DNA of 41,771 bases. Source: Clostridia bacterium (lineage in GTDB: Bacteria; Bacillota; Clostridia; UMGS1883). Shown here piece after piece: positions 8,973 to 17,786 of this stretch. Each line of letters starts with the position of its first letter. Within the stretch, counting starts at the first letter, position 1. The notes under the pieces were generated by a model. It saw nothing but the letters and a program-made list of their open reading frames with translations. It was not told where the DNA came from and searched no databases. The stretch is from NCBI GenBank assembly GCA_021202495.1, contig JAJQCX010000129.1:492-42262 (forward strand). Reading direction: 5' to 3'. The position numbers and the translations under genes were made by a program.

Positions 8973-10355
8973 ATGCCGAATATGAGCTTGGTAAAAAATC
9001 CGATGCCCTCTCAGGAGCCGGATGTGAGAAATAAGAACTTTTCGGAGGTCGCGCTCGGCTATAGTGAAGAGCAGGCGATTGACGAAGCGCAGAGATGCTT
9101 AAACTGCAAAATGAAGCCGTGCGTGACGGGATGTCCCGTGCAGATTGATATTCCGAGGTTTATCGGGTTTGTCGCGGCGGGTGAATTTGAAAAGGCGTAT
9201 GAGGTTATAACGGAGTCGAGCTCTCTTCCTGCGGTTTGCGGAAGAGTTTGTCCGCAGGAGACGCAGTGCGAAAGCAAGTGTGTGCGCGGAAAGAAGGGTG
9301 AGCCTGTTGCAATAGGGAGATTGGAGCGCTTTGTTGCCGATTGGCACAATCAAAACAGCACTGCGGCGGTGAAGGTGCCGGAGAAGAACGGACACAAGGT
9401 CGCGGTTATCGGTTCGGGTCCCTCGGGCTTGACGTGCGCGGGCGATTTGGCGAAAAAGGGCTATGACGTGACAATTTTTGAGGCGCTGCATTTGCCGGGA
9501 GGTGTTTTGGTTTACGGTATTCCAGAATTCAGACTGCCTAAGGCGATTGTGCAAAAGGAGATAGATTCCTTAAAGGCGTTGGGCGTTAAGGTTGAGACGA
9601 ACATGGTTATCGGTAAAGTCCTTTCGATTGACGAGCTTATGGAAGAGCAGGGCTTTGAAGCTGTGTTCATCGGCTCGGGCGCGGGACTTCCGAGATTTAT
9701 GAAGATTCCGGGCGAAAACCTCAACGGAGTATTCTCTGCAAATGAATTTTTGACGAGAGTTAATCTAATGAAGGCGTATAAGGACGGAGCGCAGACGCCG
9801 ATATATCACGGAAAGAAAATTGCGGTTGTAGGCGGCGGAAACGTGGCGATGGACGCAGCAAGATGCGCGAAGAGGCTGGGCGCCGATGTGACGGTTGTTT
9901 ACAGAAGAACGCAAAATGAGCTGCCCGCAAGACATGAAGAGGTTGAACACGCAATGGAGGAAGGAATTGTGTTTAAATTCCTGACGAATCCGACCGAGAT
10001 AAAAGGCGACGATAAGGGCTGGGTTTGCGGCATGACGTGCCAGGAAATGGAGCTTTCGGAGCCCGACGAATCGGGAAGAAGAAAGCCCGTTCCCAAGGAG
10101 GGCGCGATTATCGATTTTGAGTGCGACGGAGTTATCATGTCGATAGGAACGTCGCCGAACCCGCTGATAAAATCTACGACAGAGGGACTTGAAACGCAGA
10201 AGTGGGGCGGCATTGTCGCGGACGAAAACGGGCAGACCTCTCGCGCACACGTTTACGCGGGCGGAGACGCAGTGACGGGCGCAGCAACGGTTATCCTCGC
10301 GATGGGCGCGGGCAAAACCGCAGCCGGCGCGATAGATAAGGATTTGATGGGCTAA
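8973..10355 (+). CDS. nfnB: GltD-like NADPH-dependent oxidoreductase (homotetrameric glutamate synthase / NfnB-like large subunit).
   Basis: Two Cys clusters are present (CLNCKMKPCVTGCP and CGRVCPQETQCESKC). The Rossmann motifs are VAVIGSGPSGLTCA and IAVVGGGNVAMD. ATG 8973 lies 1 nt after the nfnA stop, and the upstream part of the track ORF overlaps nfnA. Confidence 0.85.
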   Translation: MPNMSLVKNPMPSQEPDVRNKNFSEVALGYSEEQAIDEAQRCLNCKMKPCVTGCPVQIDIPRFIGFVAAGEFEKAYEVITESSSLPAVCGRVCPQETQCESKCVRGKKGEPVAIGRLERFVADWHNQNSTAAVKVPEKNGHKVAVIGSGPSGLTCAGDLAKKGYDVTIFEALHLPGGVLVYGIPEFRLPKAIVQKEIDSLKALGVKVETNMVIGKVLSIDELMEEQGFEAVFIGSGAGLPRFMKIPGENLNGVFSANEFLTRVNLMKAYKDGAQTPIYHGKKIAVVGGGNVAMDAARCAKRLGADVTVVYRRTQNELPARHEEVEHAMEEGIVFKFLTNPTEIKGDDKGWVCGMTCQEMELSEPDESGRRKPVPKEGAIIDFECDGVIMSIGTSPNPLIKSTTEGLETQKWGGIVADENGQTSRAHVYAGGDAVTGAATVILAMGAGKTAAGAIDKDLMG

Positions 10356-10384
10356 AATAAAGAAATAAACAAGTTATGAGATAC

Positions 10385-10420
10385 GTTCGCCGAGGGAATT
10401 TGATTTCTTCGGCGAACTTT
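10385..10420 (+). terminator. Rho-independent terminator after the nfnAB-like operon.
   Basis: The stem pairs GTTCGCCGA (10385-10393) with TCGGCGAAC (10409-10417) and is followed by TTT. Confidence 0.6.
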
Positions 10421-10500
10421 ATTCGGTGCGGCTTTTTAAAACGCTATGTGATAACTTTGTAAATAATGCACAAAAATCTTAACGCAAATGAAACAAAGTG

Positions 10501-10529
10501 TTGACAAAATGAACGAGAAGTATTATAAT
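10501..10529 (+). promoter_or_regulatory. Consensus sigma-A promoter of the sugar ABC operon.
   Basis: TTGACA (10501-10506), a 17-nt spacer and TATAAT (10524-10529). Confidence 0.65.
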
Positions 10530-10588
10530 AAGGTAAAATCAGTCCTTGATAAGGGGATTGAAAAAAATTTTAGACAGGAGAGTCTCAA

Positions 10589-11581
10589 ATGAAAAAGTTC
10601 CTCGCAATTACCCTCGCATTGGTTTTGGCGCTGGGTTTGGCTGCCTGCGGCGGTACAACCACTACCACTACCGATACCCAAGATGAAGATGAAGCTACGG
10701 AATTGATTTCCGTTGCAATCATCAACAACGACCCCAACGAATCAGGTTATCGCACGGCTAACGACAATGACCTGAAGGCTATGTTCACGGAAGAGAACGG
10801 CTACAGCGCTACGTTCTATTACAGCCTTAAGAACGATGAGCAGATTGCTTACGCTCAGCAGGCTATTCAGGCAGGCGTTGATTACCTTCTTCTGTCTGCG
10901 GCGGACGTTTCCGGTTGGGACACTGTTCTCCAGGATGCGCAGGACAACGACATTAAGGTTATCCTTTTCGACCGCACAATCGACGCGGACGAGAGCCTTT
11001 ATGTTGCATCCATCGTTTCCGACATGGATCAGGAAGGCGTTACGGCTGTAGAATGGCTTGAATCGCAGGGTTTGGAAGAGTATAACATCATCCACATCCA
11101 GGGCGTTATGGGTTCGGCGGCTCAGGTAGGACGCACGGGCGCGCTTGACGATAAGGTTGCGGCTGAAGACAACTGGAACCTTGTTGTTCAGCAGACGGCT
11201 GACTGGAACGCAGAGACGGCACAGCAGATTGTGCAGTCCGTAATCGATTCGGGCGAATCGTTCAATGTTATCTATGCTGAGAATGACGACATGGCAAAGG
11301 GCGCTGTTGCGGCTCTTGACCGTGCGGGCATCACTCACGGCGTAGACGGCGATGTTATCATCATGGGCTTTGACTGCAACTCGTGGGCTCTTGAAGAGCT
11401 GCTTGCGGGCAACTGGAACTATGACGGTCAGTGCAACCCGTTCCAGGCTTCCTACATAGATGAAATCATCAAGACGCTCGAAGCAGGCGAAGAAGTAACG
11501 GAAAAGACCATTATTTTGGAAGAGAAGGGCTTTGACGCAACAACAATTACCCAAGAGGATGTAGACACCTACGGTATCTGA
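10589..11581 (+). CDS. ytfQ: Sugar ABC transporter substrate-binding lipoprotein, YtfQ-like (galactofuranose-binding type, PBP type 1).
   Basis: A signal peptide with the lipobox LAACGG is present. Blocks recalled from E. coli YtfQ align: AIQAGVDYLLLSAADVSGWDTVLQDAQDNDIKVILFDRTID with VAQGVDAIFIAPVVATGWEPVLKEAKDAKIPVFLLDRSID, and YAENDDMAKGAV with YAHNDDMVIGAI. Confidence 0.88.
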   Translation: MKKFLAITLALVLALGLAACGGTTTTTTDTQDEDEATELISVAIINNDPNESGYRTANDNDLKAMFTEENGYSATFYYSLKNDEQIAYAQQAIQAGVDYLLLSAADVSGWDTVLQDAQDNDIKVILFDRTIDADESLYVASIVSDMDQEGVTAVEWLESQGLEEYNIIHIQGVMGSAAQVGRTGALDDKVAAEDNWNLVVQQTADWNAETAQQIVQSVIDSGESFNVIYAENDDMAKGAVAALDRAGITHGVDGDVIIMGFDCNSWALEELLAGNWNYDGQCNPFQASYIDEIIKTLEAGEEVTEKTIILEEKGFDATTITQEDVDTYGI

Positions 11582-11610
11582 TTGACTGAGGTAAGCGTTA
11601 AGTGACATCC

Positions 11611-11665
11611 GAAGTGCGATATATCGTAGCACATAACAAGCTGCGCTGTATCGCACTTCTTTTTT
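11611..11665 (+). terminator. Intra-operon hairpin and T-tract (partial terminator/attenuator) between the binding-protein and ATPase genes.
   Basis: An 11-bp perfect stem pairs GAAGTGCGATA (11611-11621) with TATCGCACTTC (11649-11659). The loop is 27 nt and the stem is followed by T6 (11660-11665). Confidence 0.6.
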
Positions 11666-11691
11666 AACAATTTGCATGGTTTGGAGAAAAA

Positions 11692-13221
11692 ATGAAAGGA
11701 GTTGTGCTTGTGGAACAGGATGTTTTATTGACAATGCGCGGAATTTGCAAGAGCTTTCCGGGCGTGAAGGCGCTGCAGAATGTGGATTTTACGCTGCGGC
11801 GCGGCGAAATCCATGCGCTGATGGGCGAAAACGGCGCGGGAAAATCGACGTTGATTAAGGTTTTGACGGGCGTTTATTCCAAGGACGAGGGCGATATTGT
11901 TTTGGACGGACAGACGGCTGTCATTCGCAATCCGCAGGATGCGCAGAACATGGGAATTGCCACGGTTTATCAGGAAATTACGCTGTGCCCGAACTTGTCA
12001 GTGGCGGAGAATATTTACATAGGACGCGGAAAAGACAAGTCGGTGAAGTGGAAGAAGATGTACACCGAGGCGGATAAAATTTTGGAGAATTTGGACATTC
12101 CGGCGAAGGGAAATATGCAGCTCGGAAACTGCTCTCTTGCGGTGCAGCAGATGATTGCAATCGCGAGAGCGGTGGACATGGACTGTAAGGTTTTGATTTT
12201 GGACGAGCCGACGTCGTCGCTTGACGAGCAGGAGGTTGCAAAGCTCTTTAAGCTCATGCGCGATTTGAAGGCGCGGGGCGTGGGGATAGTTTTTGTAACG
12301 CACTTCTTTGACCAGGTTTACGAGGTTTCGGACAGGATAACGGTGCTGCGCGACGGGCAGCTTGTGGGAGAATATCTCATTGAAAATCTGCCGAGAGTGC
12401 AGCTCGTTTCAAAAATGCTCGGCAAGGAGCTTGACGAGCAGGAGGATTTGCGCGCAGAGCATCCGGCGTTTGAGCAGGAAGCGGGCGCGGCGCCGATATT
12501 TGAAGCGGAGCAGCTGCAGAGCAATGCCGGAATTTATCCGTTTGATTTCTATATCAAAAAGGGCGAGGTCAACGGCTTTGCGGGGCTGTTGGGTTCGGGA
12601 AGAAGCGAATGTGTGCGCGCTATTTTCGGCGCGGACAAGGTTATCGGCGGTACTGTGAAGAAGAACGGAAAGAAGATAAAAATTCGCAGACCTATCGACG
12701 CGATGAAAAACGGAATTGCGTATTTGTCGGAGGATCGAAAATCGGACGGAATTATCGGCGATTTGTCGGTGAGAGACAATATTATTTTGGCATCGCAGGT
12801 ATTGAAAGGATTTATGCGTCCGTATTCAAAGGCGGAGGCAAATAAATTGGCGGACGAATACATAAAGCTCATTCAGGTTAAGACGGCGTCGAGAGATACG
12901 CCGATAAAGAGCCTTTCGGGCGGCAACCAGCAGAAGGTTATTGTTGCAAGGTGGATGCTGATGCACCCGGAATACCTCATTTTGGACGAGCCGACGCGAG
13001 GCATTGACGTGGGAACAAAGCAGGAAATTCAAAAGCTTGCGCTGCAGTTTGCGTCGGAGGGCATGAGCGTTACGTTCATTTCCTCGGAGACGGATGAAAT
13101 GCTGCACACCTGTTCGCGCCTTATCGTTATGCGCGACAGAAAGGTTGTGGGCGAGCTTTCGGGTGAGGATTTGACATCGAATAAGATAATGAGCACGATA
13201 GCGGGAGGCGAAGATAAATGA
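11692..13221 (+). CDS. ytfR: Sugar ABC transporter ATP-binding protein with duplicated ABC domains (YtfR-like).
   Basis: Walker A is GENGAGKST, and the second domain has GLLGSGRSE. The signatures are LSGGNQQK and ILDEPT (twice). The size of about 509 aa is typical of CUT2-family ATPases. Confidence 0.92.
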   Translation: MKGVVLVEQDVLLTMRGICKSFPGVKALQNVDFTLRRGEIHALMGENGAGKSTLIKVLTGVYSKDEGDIVLDGQTAVIRNPQDAQNMGIATVYQEITLCPNLSVAENIYIGRGKDKSVKWKKMYTEADKILENLDIPAKGNMQLGNCSLAVQQMIAIARAVDMDCKVLILDEPTSSLDEQEVAKLFKLMRDLKARGVGIVFVTHFFDQVYEVSDRITVLRDGQLVGEYLIENLPRVQLVSKMLGKELDEQEDLRAEHPAFEQEAGAAPIFEAEQLQSNAGIYPFDFYIKKGEVNGFAGLLGSGRSECVRAIFGADKVIGGTVKKNGKKIKIRRPIDAMKNGIAYLSEDRKSDGIIGDLSVRDNIILASQVLKGFMRPYSKAEANKLADEYIKLIQVKTASRDTPIKSLSGGNQQKVIVARWMLMHPEYLILDEPTRGIDVGTKQEIQKLALQFASEGMSVTFISSETDEMLHTCSRLIVMRDRKVVGELSGEDLTSNKIMSTIAGGEDK

Positions 13222-14285
13222 AAACAGTGAAGAAAATTTTTTCAAATCAGATAGTCATTCCGCTTGCGGCGCTGATTATCTTGGCGCTTTTTAACCTGAT
13301 TGCGGATCCGTCGTTTTACAAGATTACGCTGGGGTTAAACAGTGACGGAAATCCCGTTTTGACGGGCTATTTGATAACAATATTGGATTCGGGCGCGGAG
13401 CTTGCAATTCTTGCGATAGGCATGACGCTTGTGACGGCGGCGTCGGGCGGACAGGATATATCCGTCGGCGCGGCGATTGCGATAAGCGGCAGCGTGATGT
13501 TGAGGCTCCTTTGCGGACCGACGGCAAATTCGCAGACGCTTTTGATGCCCATTGCGTGCGCATTTTTAATCGCAATGGTTGTGTCGATGCTTTTCGGCGC
13601 GTTTAACGGCGTTTTGGTGGCGATATTTAAAATTCAGCCGATGATTGCGACGCTCATTTTGTACACGGCGGGTCGCTCGATTGCGGCTTGGATAAACCAA
13701 AATCAGCTGCCGGTTGTCGTGGACCCGACGTTTAAATATTTTGGCGGCTACATTCCGGGATGTCCCGTGCCGACGGCGTTTATAATTGCGGTAATATGCA
13801 TGATTATTATCGGGCTTGTGCTGAAATTTACGAATTTGGGGCTCTATACGCAGTGCGTCGGCATTAACGAGCGTTCGTCGAGGCTGAACGGACTGAACCC
13901 GACATTTATTAAAATTCTGGCGTTTGTGATAATGGGAATGTGTGTTGCGGTTGCGGCGCTGATTAAGGTGAGCCGCATTTCGACGATTAACTATTCTGTT
14001 ATCGCGAAGGACATTGAAATGGACGCCATTCTTGCGGTTGCGCTCGGCGGAAACGCGCTCAGCGGCGGTAAGTTTAACGTTTGGGGCAGCATAATAGGCG
14101 CGTATGTAATTCAGTTTTTGACGACGACGCTGTATAAATTCAACGTTTCGTCCGTGGCGCTTCCGGCGTATAAGGCGGTTGTGGTTATCATACTCGTTGT
14201 TGCGAGCGCGCCGACCGTGCGTGATAAATTTGCGGAGCTGTCAAAGAAAATGAAGAGCAAAAAAAGCGTAAAGGAGGCGGCGTGA
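13218..14285 (+). CDS. ytfT: Sugar ABC transporter permease (YtfT-like).
   Basis: This is a polytopic membrane protein of the CUT2/BPD_transp_2 type. Its ATGA start overlaps the ATPase stop. Confidence 0.9.
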   Translation: MKTVKKIFSNQIVIPLAALIILALFNLIADPSFYKITLGLNSDGNPVLTGYLITILDSGAELAILAIGMTLVTAASGGQDISVGAAIAISGSVMLRLLCGPTANSQTLLMPIACAFLIAMVVSMLFGAFNGVLVAIFKIQPMIATLILYTAGRSIAAWINQNQLPVVVDPTFKYFGGYIPGCPVPTAFIIAVICMIIIGLVLKFTNLGLYTQCVGINERSSRLNGLNPTFIKILAFVIMGMCVAVAALIKVSRISTINYSVIAKDIEMDAILAVALGGNALSGGKFNVWGSIIGAYVIQFLTTTLYKFNVSSVALPAYKAVVVIILVVASAPTVRDKFAELSKKMKSKKSVKEAA

Positions 14286-14286
14286 C

Positions 14287-15363
14287 ATGACGGAGAAATC
14301 GAAAAGAGCAAAGACAAAGGTTCCGATGACGGATTCCAACATTCTTTTGATTATCACGATTGCGGTGTTCTTCGGAATGTATATCATAGCCTGTGCGCTG
14401 GGACTTAACAACAACGTGTTCACAAAGCCGCAGACCTTTATGAATTTGCTCAACGAAAACGCGGCGCTTATCATTATGTCGTGCGGACTGAGCCTTGTTA
14501 TGATAACGGGCGGGATTGATATTTCGGTCGGCGGCATTACGGCGCTCATTACAATGACGTGCGCGATGAACCTCGACGTTTGGGGCGGAAACGTGTACAC
14601 GGCGATGCTGATTGCGCTTGGGATTGGCTTGGCGTTCGGCATTGTGCAGGGATATTTGATTGCTTATCTTGAAATTCAGCCGTTCATTATCACATTGGCG
14701 GGTATGTTCTTTGCAAAGGGCATGACGACGATTGTCAATTCGTCGCCGTTTAACGTGCAAAATGAGGCGTTTAACACGCTTCGCTCGACGAGACTTTATA
14801 TTCCGTTTATCGGAACCGTCAACAAGGCGGGCAAGTTCGTGAACGCGTATGTTGAAATTGGCGTTATTGTGGCGCTGGTGGTTGTCATTTTGATGTTTAT
14901 CATGCTGCGCTGGACAAGGCTCGGACGCAACTTCTACGCGGTGGGCGGAAATCCGCAGAGCGCGCTGATGCTCGGAATTAACGTTAAGCGCACAAAGTTT
15001 ACCGCGCACATTATATGCAGCCTTTTGGCGGGAATAGGCGGTTTTGTCTATTTCATGCACGTCGGTTCGGGCTCTCCGAGCCATGCGTCGGGTATGGAGA
15101 TGAACGCCATCGCGTCCTCAATTATCGGCGGCACAATGCTGACCGGCGGCGTGGGGAACATTATAGGTACGTTCTTCGGTGCGCTGTCGCTTAATACGAT
15201 TAAGCAGATAGTTACAAGCGTGGGATTGAGCGAGGCTTGGTGGACGAACATCACCGTTGCCGCGATGCTGTGCATTTTCCTTGTGATACAGAGTATTGTT
15301 ATCGCGAGAACAAAGGGCGGCAAGAAAGAGGGAAGCGAGAAAGAGAAGAAAGCGAAAAAGTAA
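14287..15363 (+). CDS. yjfF: Sugar ABC transporter permease (YjfF-like), with a Lys/Glu-rich C-terminal tail.
   Basis: This second CUT2-type permease starts 1 nt after the ytfT stop. The four-gene order matches ytfQRT-yjfF. Confidence 0.9.
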   Translation: MTEKSKRAKTKVPMTDSNILLIITIAVFFGMYIIACALGLNNNVFTKPQTFMNLLNENAALIIMSCGLSLVMITGGIDISVGGITALITMTCAMNLDVWGGNVYTAMLIALGIGLAFGIVQGYLIAYLEIQPFIITLAGMFFAKGMTTIVNSSPFNVQNEAFNTLRSTRLYIPFIGTVNKAGKFVNAYVEIGVIVALVVVILMFIMLRWTRLGRNFYAVGGNPQSALMLGINVKRTKFTAHIICSLLAGIGGFVYFMHVGSGSPSHASGMEMNAIASSIIGGTMLTGGVGNIIGTFFGALSLNTIKQIVTSVGLSEAWWTNITVAAMLCIFLVIQSIVIARTKGGKKEGSEKEKKAKK

Positions 15364-15374
15364 GAAGGATATGG

Positions 15375-15411
15375 AAACAGACGGCAGGAGAGAATTCTGC
15401 CGTCTGTTTTT
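15375..15411 (+). terminator. Rho-independent terminator of the ABC operon.
   Basis: A 13-bp stem pairs AAACAGACGGCAG (15375-15387) with CTGCCGTCTGTTT (15397-15409) and runs into a T-tract. Confidence 0.8.
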
Positions 15412-15454
15412 GGATGAGTGTGGAGTTTGAAGTGTGGAGTGTGGAGTTGAGGAA

Positions 15455-15492
15455 AAAATTTTGCGTCTGCCGATTGGCATACGCAAAATTTT
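15455..15492 (-). terminator. Terminator hairpin downstream of the minus-strand LRR gene (palindromic, usable in both directions).
   Basis: A 12-bp perfect stem pairs AAAATTTTGCGT (15455-15466) with ACGCAAAATTTT (15481-15492). A/T runs lie on both flanks. Confidence 0.65.
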
Positions 15493-15509
15493 CTTTTGGT
15501 GCGCCGGGA

Positions 15510-17207
15510 TTATTCTATTTTTTCGGTTATCGGCTGCATATTTTCATCCCAAATGAAGATTTTGTAGGAACTGCTCACGCTGCCGGCGAAGGTTGCGCCG
15601 TCGGTTGTGATTGTTTTTGAAAGTTTTTCAATGGTTTCAGCTGCGCCGCCGGAGTAGGAAACGACGTAGGCTGTTACGTTTGATGCGGAAAGCGCGGATT
15701 CATCGGTTATGGTGAGGGTGATTGTAACGTCGCCCGCTTCGGTGACGGAAACTGCCGCTTCGGCGGCGTTTTCGTATGCGCCGACTGCGGTAAGTGCCGC
15801 TTCCGAAGGCATTGTGACACAATTGTAGTGAATGGTTGCGGAGCTTAGTCCCGTATTTGAAGCTTTGCTTATTTTCTTCCAGTCGTCCTCGCTGCCGACA
15901 TAGTATATGTCGGTAAGGTTAGACCGGTAAAAGGCACCTTCGCCGATGTTTGTTACATTGTTGGGTATTGTTACAATTGTCAGATGACGACAGGAATAAA
16001 AAGCATAACTATTAATAATTGTTACACTGCTACCGATAATTATACTTGTCAATGAATCGCAACCTTCAAAGGCAGAAGCTCCAATAGTTATTACGTTATC
16101 GCCTATTGAGACGCTTGTCAGTGCAGTGCAATCGTAAAATGCACCATCGCTGATAGTTATCACACTGTCCGGGATTACTACACTTGTGAGATAGTGGCAC
16201 ATATAGAACGCAGTACTAGCGATTATCAACGTTCCGCTTTTTATAATGTAATCTCCGGAAATTGAACGATCCGCGCTTATCAAATATTTACCAAGATATA
16301 AAACGTCATTCTCCCAATTGGATTCACTGTTATAGTATGCGGTATCATAAAAAGCATCAGAGCCGATACTTTTTATGTTATCGGAAATTGTAATATTCAA
16401 TAGGTTGCTGCAACCGTAAAAGGCTACATCGTAGATTTTTGTTACGCTGTTTGGTATTACATATTCTGTATCTGCTTTTTTTGTTGGATAATTAATTAAT
16501 TCAGTAAGATTTTTGTCAAACAAAACACCATCGACATCACAATAGTTTTCATTATTTTCATCAACAGTTATATTTGTCAACGAGGTGCAATAGGCAAATG
16601 CGTGAGAACCAATGCTTGTCACACTGCTTGGTATCATTATGCTTGTAAGTTCTGAGCAATGGGCAAATACGCTGTTACCGATGGTAGTTACGTTGTTACC
16701 AATCGAAACGCTCGTCAGCGCCGTACACCAACCAAATGCGCCTTCACCGATGCTAGTTACGCTGTTAGGTATTGTCACACTTGTCAGTGCAGTGCATTCA
16801 TAAAATGCACCGTCGCTGATAGTTGTCACACTATTCGAGATAGACACGCTTGCCAATTTTGAGCAATAGGCAAATGCGCCACTGCCGATGGTAGTCACAC
16901 TGTTACCTATCAAGACGCTTGTCAGTGCGGTGCCATTACTAAACGCCTCATTGCCAATAGATGTTACACCGTCTGATATCACAACTGATATAATGTTTGT
17001 TCGAAAGCTAAGCCATGGCTGCAGAATGTCCGTAATATCTCCCGTGCCGCTTACTGTTAAAATACCGGTATCTGAGTCAAACGTCCATGTCAGGTTGTCG
17101 CCGCAGGTGCCGCTGTATTCGGTAGCGGAGACGCTGAAAGCGGGGACGAATGTCAGTACCATTGCCGCACAGAGAAACGCAGCTAAAATTTGTTTTGATT
17201 TTTTCAT
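15510..17207 (-). CDS. Secreted BspA-type leucine-rich-repeat surface protein with a distinct C-terminal module.
   Basis: Start ATG 17207 is preceded by GGAGGATTC, and the longer track ORF start at 17321 lacks an RBS. The signal peptide is MKKSKQILAAFLCAAMVLTFVPAFSVSA. There are many repeats of about 23 aa of the form ALTSVTIPNSVTSIGEGAF. Confidence 0.88.
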   Translation of the reverse strand: MKKSKQILAAFLCAAMVLTFVPAFSVSATEYSGTCGDNLTWTFDSDTGILTVSGTGDITDILQPWLSFRTNIISVVISDGVTSIGNEAFSNGTALTSVLIGNSVTTIGSGAFAYCSKLASVSISNSVTTISDGAFYECTALTSVTIPNSVTSIGEGAFGWCTALTSVSIGNNVTTIGNSVFAHCSELTSIMIPSSVTSIGSHAFAYCTSLTNITVDENNENYCDVDGVLFDKNLTELINYPTKKADTEYVIPNSVTKIYDVAFYGCSNLLNITISDNIKSIGSDAFYDTAYYNSESNWENDVLYLGKYLISADRSISGDYIIKSGTLIIASTAFYMCHYLTSVVIPDSVITISDGAFYDCTALTSVSIGDNVITIGASAFEGCDSLTSIIIGSSVTIINSYAFYSCRHLTIVTIPNNVTNIGEGAFYRSNLTDIYYVGSEDDWKKISKASNTGLSSATIHYNCVTMPSEAALTAVGAYENAAEAAVSVTEAGDVTITLTITDESALSASNVTAYVVSYSGGAAETIEKLSKTITTDGATFAGSVSSSYKIFIWDENMQPITEKIE

Positions 17208-17240
17208 GTGAATCCTCCTAAAATTTATTTTCGGTGAATT

Positions 17241-17273
17241 AAAAAAGTGCGTCCGCAATGAGAGCGAACGCAC
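17241..17273 (-). promoter_or_regulatory. Terminator-like hairpin in the 5' leader, about 35 nt upstream of the LRR gene start (candidate attenuator).
   Basis: On the minus strand, GTGCGTTCGC, a 7-nt loop and GCGGACGCAC form a 10-bp stem with one G-U pair, followed by TTTTTT. The RBS and ATG 17207 come next. Confidence 0.45.
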
Positions 17274-17451
17274 CGAAAAACGCTGCTCCGATTGCTGCCA
17301 CACAATTTTACAGACATACATGAATCACATCAGTATGCTAAGAAGAGCCTGCGTTTTTACCGAAAAGTAAAAACACACACTGATGTGACAGAAAAAATCT
17401 GCAAAGTCTATAAAATTATGTGGCATAAATATCCTATCATATAATGATAGA

Positions 17452-17763
17452 AAAAGCAACACTTTTTTGCACAAACAAAAAGCACGGAGCAAGAGGGAGA
17501 CGTTACAGACCCCTCCGTCAGTCGCCGCGGGCGGCTGCCACCACCCCTCATACGGCGCTTATGCGCCGACGTGGGGAGGGAAGCTCGTATCGTTAGTGCG
17601 GCAAGGAAGGTGAGAAGAGCGACGTGGGGGAGGGAAAGGCTCGGACGGTAGGACGTGACTGGTGGTGAACATTGCCATTACCTCCGCGATAGCGGGAATG
17701 CTCAAGCGGGACGCTTGCGCGATAGCGGGAACGGTCAAGCGGAACGCTTGCGCTTGATTTTTT
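17452..17763. ncRNA. Candidate orphan structured noncoding transcription unit. It is GC-rich, repeat-containing and flanked by hairpins, and its class and strand are unresolved.
   Basis: It lies between divergent genes yet has terminator-like hairpins at both ends. The left hairpin is 17484-17518, with an A/T run at 17471-17483. The right hairpin pairs 17735-17741 with 17751-17757 and is followed by T6 at 17758-17763. Inside are tandem 33-nt repeats (17686-17718 and 17719-17751, 3 mismatches). There are also direct repeats GACGTGGGGAGGGAAGCTCG (17568-17587) and GACGTGGGGGAGGGAAAGGCTCG (17621-17643). No convincing ORF is present. Confidence 0.35.
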
Positions 17764-17786
17764 GTGCGGAATTGAAAATAATATGA

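Noticed and set aside
10742-11734. Long antisense ORFs opposite confident genes. Examples are 10742-11734, 17863-18870, 3067-4098, 1483-2391, 8108-8866, 14188-15084, 25607-26209, 27154-27843 and 39590-40264.
   Set aside because: Each lies fully within a well-supported gene on the other strand. Their translations are Arg/His/Asn/Leu-rich low-complexity sequence with no motifs. They are shadow ORFs produced by codon bias.
15412-15454. Three copies of GTGGAGT / GTGTGGAGT between the two convergent terminators.
   Set aside because: The copies are very short and imperfect, sit in a 40-nt spacer between terminators, and have no associated ORF or structure. They are likely slippage debris.
15800-17000. 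Repetitive DNA inside the LRR gene as a possible mobile or tandem-repeat element.
   Set aside because: The periodicity corresponds to the roughly 23-aa BspA-type leucine-rich repeats of a single intact ORF. The plus-strand ORFs there (16612-16803, 16659-16862, 16888-17211) are antisense artefacts of the repeats.
17686-17751. Tandem 33-nt repeats that might suggest a CRISPR array.
   Set aside because: There are only two copies, directly abutting with no spacers. No further repeats and no cas genes occur in the window, so I treat them as part of the structured noncoding unit.
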